Shown here piece after piece: positions 26,339 through 38,789 of a DNA stretch of 64,000 nucleotides. The notes under the pieces were generated by a model, which saw only the letters and a list, made by a program, of their open reading frames with translations, ran no database searches and was not told where the DNA came from. The position numbers were made by a program, and so were the translations under genes. The first letter of the stretch is position 1. Every line of letters begins with the position of its first letter. Source of the stretch: Octopus vulgaris (taxonomy: Eukaryota); assembly GCA_951406725.2 (NCBI GenBank), contig OX597821.1, positions 90,210,001 to 90,274,000 of the forward strand, written 5' to 3'.

Positions 26339-27957
26339 TTCTATATTAAGTCACCTATGTATATATATGTATGTATGTATGTGTACGTGGGTGCGTGTGT
26401 GTGTGTGTGTGAGTGTATGCATGTGTGTGTGTATGAATAGAGTGTTTGAAGTGATGAACAAATATTGTATATTAAGAAAAAGGAGGCACTCAGACGTTTG
26501 GATAATTCTTTATTAGCGCTTTCCTTCATTCATGAAGATTGTTCCAGATAAATTTGATAGAATGTTTCCTCTCCATTTGTATAAAAACCAAGAAACTTTC
26601 TATAAAATTTATTTAGAAAAATCTTCATAAATGGATCAAAGCGTTAATAATGAATTATCTGAAATTTTGACTACCCTTTTTACCCACATACACACACACA
26701 CACGTATGTTGTGTATTTCAAGTAAATCACACAAGTTTAAAATAAGTACCAGCATTATGAATACAACATTATTCTTAGAGTACAATTCATGCCTGTGCTG
26801 TATCTGATTCACATCTGTCAATGGCACATCATCGACATAACCACGAACTGTTATCTGATGGCAACCTAATCCGTTTTAACTTGATTATCCACATCATGCC
26901 CTCGAAAAATACAGCTATGTTTTGCCTACGTAAAATGCGAATCATTGTAGGTTTTCTAATTTCTCTCATTGATCTAAAGAACAATACTGTACCAATGGTA
27001 TTTCACAGCGAAGAGCTTTGGTTGATGGTCTTCATTCTCAACTTTGATCGATATCGAAAACAAGAAACATATGTTGGGGAAAGAATTCCTTGGAGATAGT
27101 TTTGCTGCATTAAAATAATAATTAATGTTACTGCAGGGCCTCGGATATACCTGTTTTTAGAAATTTTGTGAATATATCTTTTGTCAATAGGATCCAAATA
27201 ATTACTCAAAGCAGTTGATGACTCTCTAAAATAGAAAATACAATTTTGAACCATATTCTTAAAACCAGTCGTGCGGCTGATACTCTCACGCAAAGTACCT
27301 GGGCTGCATTCGACAAAATTTCATGATTTTGAGCACCACCAAGATTGCTAAAATATATACTATAGCAGTGTTCTATTTTTTCTTTGCTTTTTCATCGTTT
27401 GACACAATGTTACAGCTCCTTTCAACAAGCTATCAACGTATTTCATTTTCCTATATTTATCTTATCCATCCAGTACTGAGTTTCAAACATACCTTTTCCA
27501 GTAATCTTCCCGCATTCACCTGAAATTCTTTGCCAACTGAAATTCTTCATGCTCAGAATTACAAGTTCTCAACTCCTTTCTCTGCCTATATTTTAATCTC
27601 ATACACATTAAACGATTAGTACTTCATCTGAACACCACCTAAATTGTTATGAAAAGTCAAGAGGGCATTTAATGGTAATATCACCTTCTTGAACACGCAT
27701 TCAATCGTGACTGATTTTGATCTTCCGTGAGCAAGTGAGGCTCTAATTTTGCTGCAACTCTCTTTTCACTTGCAATTTCTCGTTCAAAAATCGTTGGGCA
27801 GAGCTCCAGGACACAACATTGCGACTAAACTCGATGATACCGGTTGAGGGACTAATGCCTGAGGGTTGCCTGAAGTGGATTCTAGCGACGGAATCCTGAA
27901 CTACAAGGAACTTGTCTCACAGAGAACGTTCTCAGTAACTTTTGGATACCCCTTCGT

Positions 27958-28331
27958 GTGGAAGCACTCCGTCGGTTACGATGACGAGGGTTCCGGTTGA
28001 TCCGAATCAACGGAACAGCCTGCTCGTGAAATTAACGTGTAAGTGGCTGAGCACTCCACAGACACGTATACCCTTAACATAGTTCTCGGGGATATTCAGC
28101 GTGACACAGAGAGTGACAAGGCCGGCCCTTTGAAATACAGGTACAACAGAAACAGGAAGTAAGAGTGAGAGAAAGTTGTGGTGAAAGAGTACAGCAGGGA
28201 TCACCACCATCCCCTGCCGGAGCCTCGTGGAGCTTTTAGGTGTTTTCGCTCAATAAACACTCACAACGCCCGGTCTGGTAATCGAAACCGCGAGTCCGCT
28301 GCCCTAACCACTGGGCCATTGCGCCTCCACG
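27958..28331 (-). mobile_element. SINE family B, full length with 10-bp TSD
   Basis: Near-identical to 48145-48534; ACCCCTTCGT duplicated at 27948-27957 and 28332-28341. Confidence 0.93.
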
Positions 28332-30149
28332 ACCCCTTCGTATATCTAGTTATTTAAGCATTTATCTATTTATTGACCTGTTTGGCTATCATGAGTATTT
28401 ACGAGGAAATATAAAGCCCGGCCAACAAAATACTGATAATTATGAACGTATCCATCGCCCGAGCATTCGAAAGCCTCGATCCGAATGTCTATATTTTAAA
28501 TGTCTATTTACACCCTTATTCACAACTAACAATCCCTTTTCAGAAAAGAATTCTCTCCCCACCTTCTTACTTCCTCTGTTTTCTTTATGAATTAGCCGCT
28601 ATTCCTTTAAAACTCTCGACCATATAACTAAATTTTAGAAATTCTCTTTTCTTCCAGGAATGCCAATTCGGCAGACCTGGAAGGCATTTCAACCCTCTAA
28701 CAATGCCCTACAGAATTAATTCTATTCTAACTAAACAAATTAACATATCTCTAGCTAAATCTCCCCCCTCCTCTACCTTTTCGTCTTCAGGTATCTTATT
28801 TCTGTTATTATTATAGTAACAGTTGCCGTTGTTATTGTTATTGTACCTGCAGCTGTCCATTTTTGTTGTTGCTACTGCTGTTATTACTGAAGATATTCTA
28901 ATAGAATTAAATCTATCCGTGGAATAAATTAATCAAAACTGCATCCATAATAAGTGTTTTGAGTTGCTTCATTTTGACGAATCTCTGCCATTAAAATTCT
29001 AAAGAATGATACGGAACAACTAAAGAACATTTGGAAACAAAGAATTTCTTTTTTAGAAAAATATTGAAATTGTGTTTCCAAGTTGTTATGCTACACATAT
29101 CTTACATTTTTATGTATTTTCACTTCTTTAACAGATACTTTATGCTTTGCAATTGTTGTTGTTATTGTTGTTGCTGCTGTAGTTATTATAGTTGTTGTTT
29201 GAGTATTTTATAAATTACATCATTGTTGTAAATGCTGAAGAAATCTTCAATGTTTTTGCTTGTAGGTTTTTTTTACAGAGAATCCAAATAACACGTCTTT
29301 CATTTTTCTTTCTTTTTTCTTTCTTTATTTTCCTGTCTCTTTCTTTCTTTGTTATTTCAAGCATTAAGTTGCATTACAAGTGATAACATGCATAGCATGA
29401 TTCGTTTGAATCAATTTTTGAGAGAGCATTGGCTTTTTCAATAGACCTTCACCCCCTCATGTCATAATGTTTGCAGGGGGAGAGGATAACTAAAAAACAG
29501 TGTTTATCAAATAAACATCTGCACATAGCGAATGTCTTGTCAAAATATTTATACCTGTTTATTTTACTCCACAGTTATAAAATTTGTCACCTCAAACATA
29601 TGTCGAACTGTATCTGTCCATTCAACATCAGAATGCTTTACTTATCAAAATATTCATAATCTGTCCATTGTGGTCCCTTATGGTTATTTGTAAACTTCCT
29701 CTATATTTTTCTATTAAAATTCCGGGATCGCTTGTGCCACAATTTACATGCAGACTGCATAAAACCAATCTACAAATTTAAGATCTTCGTTCAGTACTTA
29801 TTATACTGATATTAACTCTGTTTATTCGTCAAATTAATATATGCAAGTCTTTACTTATGTTCTGAGTATCGACACACAATGGACAATTTTTACATCATTT
29901 CCGGTAACTCTCTTTTTTCTGTTTTCATCAACGTTTATACATTTGTGCTGTTTTATCCAATTAACTTTTATATATAAAGAATCAAGTGAATATCCACAAA
30001 CTGTGTATGCTTACTGAATTGATAAAATATCGATTTTAGTGGGTACCTATATATCTAGCTACCTATCTATTTAATTGTCCAACTTTCAGTTTCAATGCTC
30101 AGCGAGCGAATCAACATCTACACGTAGTACGCTCTCGATATATCTCTTT

Positions 30150-30255
30150 GTTTGTATGTATGTATGTATGTATGTATGTATGTATGTATGTATGTATGTA
30201 TGTGTGTATGTATGTATGTATGTATATATCTATGCATGTATGTATGTATGTATGT
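30150..30255. repeat. (TATG)n microsatellite
   Basis: Directly visible. Confidence 0.95.
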
Positions 30256-31260
30256 CATTGTTCGGTTTTATTTCAAGATTTCTTGCCAAGAGAGAAAGAG
30301 CTGGTTTCTAACCTAGATCCAAGGCTTCTTCATTGGAATTTCAACATCGGCAACAGGGTATTTTTGTATGTATATATATGTATGTATATGTACAGATTTG
30401 TATGTTTTGTTTTATGTATGTATTCTCATGAATTTACTAGCATATCTAGACATGTTCATATATATTTTAAGTGATAAACTTCTGGAAAATGTTACATATT
30501 TTTACAGTTTCAGTGATTGATTGGATCTGTAAGTCTTCGAATTAGCTTTCTCCTTTCTGGTTTTGAGAAACCTACTTTCTCAAGATTGGTATTTAGGCTG
30601 TGTTACATATCCAAGTGCCCCAATAATTACATGTATAAACCTGAACTTGTAATTTGGATTAGTAACTGCAAATTTCTCAGTAGTTGAGTGTAAGTATTCT
30701 CTTTTTCACCAATATTCAGCGATCGGCAGCTAATTTCCACAACTGTACATAGTTTCTCTTCTCTACCCCAAATCATTATATCAGGTCCCCTGTGCTTACA
30801 TTTTACTGAGACCTTCACTGGGACATTCCACCAGTACTCCTTTCTATTAAGAGGAGCTATGGCTTCTACTATACTGTGGGTTCTTATCTCTTTGTCTACG
30901 GGTTTATCCTTCTGACGAATTTCATTATAGAGTGTTCTAGCGCCAACATCAAATCTCGTTAGATAATAGCTCGATGACATTTTCGGACAACTGCTAATGA
31001 TGTGGATGATATCGTCGGTGTTAACTCCAAATAGTCTGCATCGGCTGTCAATTTTAAGGGGTTTCCTGCAACTCTATCCCTTTTGTGCATCAGGTATTTG
31101 GTTTATATTTCCTGTTGCTGGATTGCAAACGCATACACCTCAAAGTGGGAGGTAATAATCCAGTTATTGGTCCATAATAGACTTCTTAGATCATCAATGT
31201 TATTATCATCTCGGATCTTTCTACTAACATATCCATGCATAGTCTTCTACTTATATATGC
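30256..31260 (-). mobile_element. Non-LTR retrotransposon 3' fragment with restriction-like endonuclease (R4/Dong-like), decayed
   Basis: Minus-strand degenerate zinc knuckle CRLF..DIIHIISSCPKM followed by RGPDIMIW..VVEISC (PD-D/ExK REL motif); the presumed 3' UTR ends at the (CATA)n tract. Confidence 0.8.
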
Positions 31261-31261
31261 T

Positions 31262-31625
31262 CATCCTTTCACACCGGACAACATGCTTAGCGGCACTTTG
31301 TCCGTCTTTAGGTTCTGCGTTTCAATTCCACCGAGCTCGATTTGCTTTTCATCCTCTTGGGGGTCGATGAAATAAGAACAAGCTGTGCACTGGGGTTGAT
31401 GTAATCGACTAGCCTCTTCCCAATAGAAGAATGGATTATTATATCGTTCTGAACCGTGGTGCATTAGCAGAATAGTTAAAGCCTCGGACAAAATGCTTTA
31501 CAGTATTTCTTTAACTCCTTAACTTCCAAGTTCAAATCCCGCCGAGGTCAACTTTGCCTGTCATCCTTTCGCTATCGATAAAAAAGTATCATTCAAATCC
31601 TGATGCTGATGGTAATGACTAATTC
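31262..31625 (+). mobile_element. Two degenerate SINE family D fragments
   Basis: CCGAG(G)TC(G/A)A(C/T)TTTGC(C/T)T(T/G)TCATCCT..TCGAT motif occurs twice, as in 48612 and 57421. Confidence 0.7.
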
Positions 31626-31890
31626 CTTTCCGTCAAAATTACCAAGTTAGATGTTATTATTGCATCTTTGTCACCTACACAGAGCTACCAAACAACACAC
31701 ACACACATACACACACACACACACACATACACTTAGTTTTATTATTCACTCCATATATACACTCTGTATCTCTCTGACTGATACACAACTACAGAATACT
31801 ATACATACACTAAGTCTATCAAATCAGTTATCTTATATTATACATTGTATCTATCTAATTGATAGGCATCTTTAGACGTACCACGGTCAG

Positions 31891-31893
<3 letters not shown>

Positions 31894-31937
<44 letters not shown>

Positions 31938-31967
31938 ATATGTATATATATATAAATATATACATAC

Positions 31968-32021
<54 letters not shown>

Positions 32022-32041
32022 TCATATATATATATATATAT
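31894..32041. repeat. (TA)n microsatellite
   Basis: Directly visible. Confidence 0.95.
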
Positions 32042-32988
32042 CAATTCACCACCTACGCACTATCTACCTGAACTATACTCACCTATAGACATATTCTTCG
32101 CACATTAAGTCTACCTATTCAGTCAAAGTCTATAAACTGTCTATCAACAACTACAATAATCTGTGCTAATCTAAAGAAAGGTAAAAAAAAAACAACTCAG
32201 CAACCAGAAATCAAAGTAAAAATGACACAAAAATATCTTTAAAATAGTAAGAAGTAAATTCATATATAAATATATATATACACACTACATATATGTGTAT
32301 GCTTGTATGTATGTGTATGCACTTGTGTGTGTGTGTGTGTGTGTATTTGTTACAGATATGAATATAGTCAGTTGATAACTAAACTTTTGATCTATCTAAA
32401 TGTTTCATCTGAAAATTACAGACCAGCAAACATTAATCATCTTAACTGTACTAAAAAAACAATAAAATGTCAAGGGTTGTTGTGTTTTGCAATACATACA
32501 TACATACATATATGAGTGAATATGTGAGTCTGTGTGTGAGTGTCGTCCCTGTGTACGTGCCTGTGTATGTGTGTGTGATGTTTTATTATTTCGTTGCACA
32601 ATGAACCTTTGATTGATTGCAGTTCTGTCTGTTGTTTCTGACCAATGTCACATAAACCAAGAAAATTTAGGAAAAAAACAAAAAAACTTTGATAACTTTC
32701 AAAATAAATAAATTTAAAAAAGACAACGCTATAAAATAAAAGCTATTAACAAGTGATGATTACAGAATGCTTAACTATTTAAGCATCAAGAACGGTGGCA
32801 GAACGTGTCGGAATGAAGTGGCTGAGTGGATCCAGAATAAATTGATTTCTTGGTCATAGGTTTATCGGTTCTAGTTGGTAGAAGATACTTTCATGTAAAA
32901 ATATGGAAAATGTAGAGAAAAGTGTTAATAACAAACAAGATGAGGACAAATATCCGTCGAATGTAAATAATGTAAATAATGTAAATAT

Positions 32989-33164
32989 AGGCGCAGGAGT
33001 GGCTGTGCGGTAAGTAGTTTCCTTACCAACAACATGGTTCTGGGTTCAGTCCCACTGCGTGGCACCTTGGGTAAGCGTATTCTACTATAGCTTCGGGCCG
33101 ACCAAAGTTTTGTGAGTGGATTTGGTAGACGGAAACTGAAAGAAGCCAGTCGTATATATATGTG

Positions 33165-33207
<43 letters not shown>

Positions 33208-33211
33208 GTGC

Positions 33212-33250
<39 letters not shown>

Positions 33251-33450
33251 TATTTGTTCCCCAACATCACTTGACAACAGATGCTGGTGTGTTTACGTCC
33301 CCGTAACTCTAGCGGTTCGGCAAAAAGTGACCGACAAAATAAGTACCAGGCTTACAAAGAATAAGTCCTGGAGTCGATTTGCTCGACTAAAGGCGGTGCT
33401 CCAAGATGGCCACAGTGAAACGAGTGAAACAAGTAATAGAGTAAAAGAAT
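32989..33450 (+). mobile_element. SINE family A, full length
   Basis: Head, CORE-like motif, long internal (TG)n and tail; flanked by AATAATGTA(A/C)AT repeats consistent with a TSD. Confidence 0.92.
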
Positions 33451-33584
33451 AATGTACATAATTCCTCATCTGTTAAATATAGAACTGAAAATATCTTTGT
33501 CCTACACTGCTCAAACACATTCACTATACCACAGTAAACATGTTCCAGATTATTTGACAATTTTACATATCATGTAATGCAGTG

Positions 33585-33730
33585 ATAGGGCAGAATCGTT
33601 TGCAAGTCAGACAAAATGCTTAGCGCATTTCGTCAGTCTTTACGTTCTGAGTTGCCGAGGTCGACTTTGTCTTTCATCCATTCAGTGTCGATAAAATAAA
33701 ACAGCAATAAAGCGCCGAGGTCGATGTAAT
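33585..33730 (+). mobile_element. SINE family D fragment
   Basis: GGCAGAATCGTT..AAATGCTTAGC..GCCGAGGTCGACTTTGTCTTTCATCC..GTCGATAAAATAA. Confidence 0.7.
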
Positions 33731-33899
33731 TTGAAACTAATATTACATATGATGCACCGCGGGGTGAAGATGAATTCATTGCATAAATGCTAGAACAGAT
33801 ATCACTGTAGAAATGAAGTGAGTAAATAAGGTTTTGAAGTATTAATATTAGATATCATGGCACTTATTTGAGAGAGAAAACTCTTACAGGTTCACGCAG

Positions 33900-35213
33900 G
33901 GGACTACTTATATATCAGTTGCTGGAGGAATGTGTTACTAATAGTCAAGAGACAAATATTCTCTGCGTTTTAGAGAAACACTGTTTATCTAAATAGCATG
34001 GTAAATTTTCTTTCTAATAATTCTGTTTTCTTGGATTCGCATGATTCTGATACTTGAAAAATTCGATCATGGAATAATATATCGCAAATGAGTGATCTCA
34101 GCAGAACAAGAAAACTAGGGGAGTGGCTACATGACTTTCTAAAGATAGAAATCAAGTAGTCGTATAAAACGGAGCCACATCCAAGGAAATGCAAATAGCG
34201 AGTGGTGTCTCACAGAGCCCTGTGTTTGGATCACTGCTGTTCATAATGGCTCTCTCAAATATGTCCTCATCCACGCAGAGAGCCATCTTCACAAGCTATA
34301 AAGATGATCAAAAGTTTCACAAGTAATTCAAGACCTTGAAGATGGCATGCCCCTACAACAATATTGTGGGTGGCATGCACCTACGATATACACGTGTGCT
34401 GACGACAATAACATGGAGTTAAATACAATGCAGACAAAATACACTGGAACTGGAGGGATCTTAGTTCCAGAATCACAATCAGTGTGTGACCTGAGCATTG
34501 ACATGTTTTGTGATGCATTCTACTATCTGCATATTACTAAGTTGTTAATGAAATGCAGGCGGCTGACTGGATACATTCTTAGAAACTTCAGAACAAGAGA
34601 ACAGGAAGTCATGATAGCCCTTTGGAGGACTCTTTCTCCTAAACCATTTTCAATATTGCTCGCAACTGTAGTCACTACATCGTGTGAAAGTGTGAAGTCG
34701 AAGCAGTCCAGCGTAGCTACACGAAGATGATAGTCCCAAAGCCACACATTAGCTACTAGGAAAGAATCAAGAGGTTAAGACTTTACTCCCTGGAACGAAG
34801 GCTGGAAAAATATGCTGTAATATACATCTGGAAGATCATAGGACTTGTTGCACACTTTGGGGGTAAAAGTTATACAAACGCCAGAACAATGCGCCAATGC
34901 ATAATGACTAAAATCCCTTTCTTGCCATCAACATACAGGATCAGACACTGTAATAACTTGCGATTCAAGGACTCAAAGCTCTTTAATCTTTCCTCAAAGG
35001 AGCCAAGACACCTATATGGTATGGATGTAAATGCTTTCAAAACTGAATCTCCGACTGTCAAGAGTCCCAAAAAAACCATCTACACGTCAAGGATGTGGAA
35101 ATGAGGGCAGCAGCATGGAATGCCCAAATGCCAACAAGTAAATGTGGATTAATGAAGATGTAGCAACACCAGTTGGCGGTGATCTGACATGGCCGCAGCC
35201 TGTGAGCTGAAAC
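33900..35213 (+). mobile_element. CR1-group LINE 3' fragment (RT domain plus 3' end), decayed
   Basis: FDHGII..GEWLHDFL, SGVSQSPVFGSLLF (cf. SGVPQGSVLGPLLF), SYKDD (cf. F/YADD), RLRLYSLERR; many stops and frameshifts. Confidence 0.85.
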
Positions 35214-35226
35214 ACTTTACACTTAA

Positions 35227-35620
35227 CTCTTTTACTCTTTTACTTTTTTCAGTCATTTGACTGTGGCCATGCTGGAGCACCGCCTTTTTAGTCGAGCAAA
35301 TCGACCACAAGACTTATTCTTTGTAAGCCTAGTACTTATCCTATAGTTCTTTTTAGCCGAACCGCTAAGTTACGGGGACGTAAACACACCAGCATCGGTT
35401 GTCAAGCAATGCTGGGGGGACAAACACAGGCACACAAACACACACACACTTATATATATATACATACGACGTGCTTCTTTCAGTTTCCGTCTACCAAATC
35501 CACTCACAAGGCTTTGGTCGGCCCGATGCTATAGTAGAAGACACTTGCCCAAGGTACCATGCAGTGGGAGTGAAATCGGAACCATGTGGGTCGTAAGCAA
35601 GTTACTTACCACACAACCAC
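35227..35620 (-). mobile_element. SINE family A, lacking about 10 nt of the 5' end
   Basis: Homologous to the other family A copies. Confidence 0.92.
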
Positions 35621-35804
35621 AATGCTTTCAAAACTGAATCTCCCACTCTCCAGAGTCCCAGAAGAACCGTCTACACGTCAAGGATGTGGAAACGAGGGCA
35701 GCAGCATTAAATACCCAAATGCCAACAACTAAATTAGTATTAATGAAGATGTAGCAACACTAGTTGGCGGTGCTCTAGCATGGCCGCAGCCTGTGAGCTG
35801 AAAC
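35621..35804 (+). repeat. Second copy of the 184-bp LINE 3' end (duplicate of 35030-35213)
   Basis: Ungapped alignment with about 18 mismatches in 184 nt by manual count. Confidence 0.9.
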
Positions 35805-36239
35805 TAACGATATAAATATATATAGATGTCATCATTATAACTTGTTGGATAAGGACATATCTGAGATGGTCACTATGAACACCACCTGACAGAACGATGT
35901 ATCATTATTTGCAAAACAGGTTTTCAGTTAGAGTCCGTTAAGAGTGATTTGTATTAACCAGTGACATGCAGTCGAGTCAGCAGTATCTTAGATTAACTAA
36001 CATTAATGATAAGACACTATGCTTCAACCAAGCGCCAAAAGAACGATATAACACATCAAATGTACATGCACACACAAGTGCATATACATGTACACACACA
36101 TGCACACATATTTGCAGTAGTGTATATGTATATGCACACAAAGATCTATATAAAAACATACATATGCTGGGTGTCTGAGCTAAATTTGACAATTTGTATT
36201 TGTCATTTTTTCATAGAATATATATATATATTATATTAT

Positions 36240-36410
36240 AGGGAGAGTTTACGAAAGAAACAAAAGACGAAGACAGGTGGTGTACAAAACAAACAGATGT
36301 GTTAGTATATCGCTCAGGAATAGAAAAAAGTCTTTTACGTTTTAAGCCTACGCTCTTCTACAGAAAGGGACACAGAAAAAAACAAGGAGGGAAACAAGGA
36401 GAGAAAAATA
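36240..36410 (-). mobile_element. Penelope-pLTR-like remnant with a degenerate minimal hammerhead
   Basis: Minus strand CTTT-CTGTAGA-AGAGC-GTAG-GCTT-AAAA-CG-TA-AAAG at 36332-36367; T-rich end; AT-repeat flanks. Confidence 0.45.
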
Positions 36411-36602
36411 TTATATTATATTATATTATATTATATAAATAATACAAACATATATTACATACCTATATGTATATATGTATATATACATGCATGTACATAT
36501 ATGTATATATGCATATATTTATGTATTATTTATATTATCATATGATCGAACACCACTCATCCTTTTCCAAGTATATATATATATGTGTGTGTGTGTATTT
36601 AT

Positions 36603-36603
<1 letters not shown>

Positions 36604-36692
<89 letters not shown>
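36604..36692. repeat. (TAGA)n microsatellite
   Basis: Directly visible. Confidence 0.95.
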
Positions 36693-36693
<1 letters not shown>

Positions 36694-37140
36694 TAACGTT
36701 GATTTAGAAGGCCTTTAGTTGATCGGTTTCTACGCATACTGCAGAAAATTTTAAACCAGTGTATAAGGAAGAAATGCAAAGCTAACATGATTATATTTGA
36801 TCTCAAAAATAAAGTATATAATTAAGCAAAGCAAAACATTTATTTACTTTAGCAATCTAACATTTCTGCCACTCACTTTTCTTCTAGAAGAGTTAATATT
36901 CTCTCTCTGATTCGGAACATCAAATGTTACAATTGATCGATCATATGTAAGTTTTGATGAGGTAGATGGCCAGTTAAATAAATAAATAATAGAAATAATG
37001 ACAATTTGTATATGGTTCATAAAACTACATAAACTGAAGATTATTTATCCGGTAAGATATACAATCAGTCATCATAAATAAATTTGGGAAAACTAACACA
37101 TTACTGATATAAGCGTGATGCGTCTTACGAATACACGAAT

Positions 37141-37230
<90 letters not shown>

Positions 37231-38259
37231 AAGTATGATAACAAGCTTCTTATTCCAATGATGTTCCGTGCGTTTCACTACTAGGGTTGTTTAGAAGACT
37301 GCTAAAATTGAATGTTAAATGTTTCTCAGTTGAAGCTTATCATTCAGTATAGACTAGTTATATAGTGGTAAGGGCTAAAAAGACTCATAGATACAAGATA
37401 CAATTATGTGTTACCTGATACAATAAAGTGTTCCCTGCAGGTCCATTGCTATGCTTTTGAATTGCCATCGCAGTTTTCCAAAGAACCAGTATTTATGCTT
37501 AGCTTTCCTACATTTGCCTTGTAGCTTCTAACTGGTAATACTATTCCGTGTAGAAGTTGATTAACGAGTTATTAACAACCCTTCCTTGTCGTGAAGCAGG
37601 CTGGATTACAAATTTCTACTTTGAATTGTAAATATAGCAGTAGAAGTTGTATATCTATTGTACAAATAATTTGTACTCGCCGTTTATCCCCCTCTCCTAG
37701 TATAAGAATAAGCGCACATACATAAACACACACACAAACACACAAACACACACACAAACACACAAACACACACAAATACACACACTCACACACTCACACA
37801 CCTACATACATATATATATATGATTTATGCTAGTATATATTCACATCATGATCCTTTTCATCTAATGGTAACTTTGGTAACATGGCATAGATGAACATTT
37901 AATCTATTATTTCCCGCTCACGATCGAGTGGTTGTCAACTAAACACGTTGCTTATATGAATGTCCAATGAGTAGAATATGCCGGCACCTAATAGAATTAA
38001 TCAACAAAACCCAGTTAAAAGTGGAATAGTTCAAGATCGAATGGCACCCATATCCTTGAAAGAAGAAGATCATTTTACCCACCGCACGACTGGAGTGGAA
38101 GTTAGATCGCTATTCAGTTCTATAACGAAGTAGATAGAGAATATTTTATCATAGTAAGTCATAAACCAAATGAGTAGAAGAAATTGTTGACAAAGATCAA
38201 AAGTTTAGGAATAAGTAAATATACATACACGAAAGATAGGATACGTACGTACATATATA

Positions 38260-38453
38260 CGAGGGAGTGCTAAAAATTCCCTGGTTTTAAGACCTGGTTG
38301 AAAGCTCAACCTTCACAGTTCTTTTACAGGACTTAGAAAAACTGAAGGACTGCTGCAATAAATGATTGAATGTGAGAGGAGATTATGTTGAGTAAAAACT
38401 GATCTTCCAATATTTTCTTTTGCTCAAAGCCAAGAACTTTTCATCCCGGCCTG
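38260..38453 (+). mobile_element. Short internally deleted mariner derivative (MITE-like)
   Basis: TA|CGAGGGAGTGCTAAAAATTCCCTGGTTTT with a degenerate inverted match AAAGCCAAGAACTTTTCATCCC; interior encodes the mariner C-terminal remnant GLEKLKDCCNK*LNVRGDYVE*. Confidence 0.7.
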
Positions 38454-38505
38454 ATTTATACATATGCATGTATATACATTTGTATATACAAATATATACA
38501 AAATA

Positions 38506-38582
<77 letters not shown>

Positions 38583-38696
38583 AAATATATACATAATAAT
38601 TTTGTAAATTATTTATAAATTTAACATTTAAAGGTATTTTTTGATATGCTGGTCATTGATAACATTTTTTCCCGAAAAAAATTTTATCCTACATTA

Positions 38697-38732
<36 letters not shown>

Positions 38733-38789
38733 CCTTTGTATTATGCATAACTCCTTTATCTAAGCATATACATTCATTAATATAGCATC

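Noticed and set aside
26790-27957. Possible decayed LINE, and a mariner-like terminus (TA|CGAAGGGGTATCCAAAAGTT on minus) split by the SINE at 27958
   Set aside because: No convincing protein motif and no matching second TIR found
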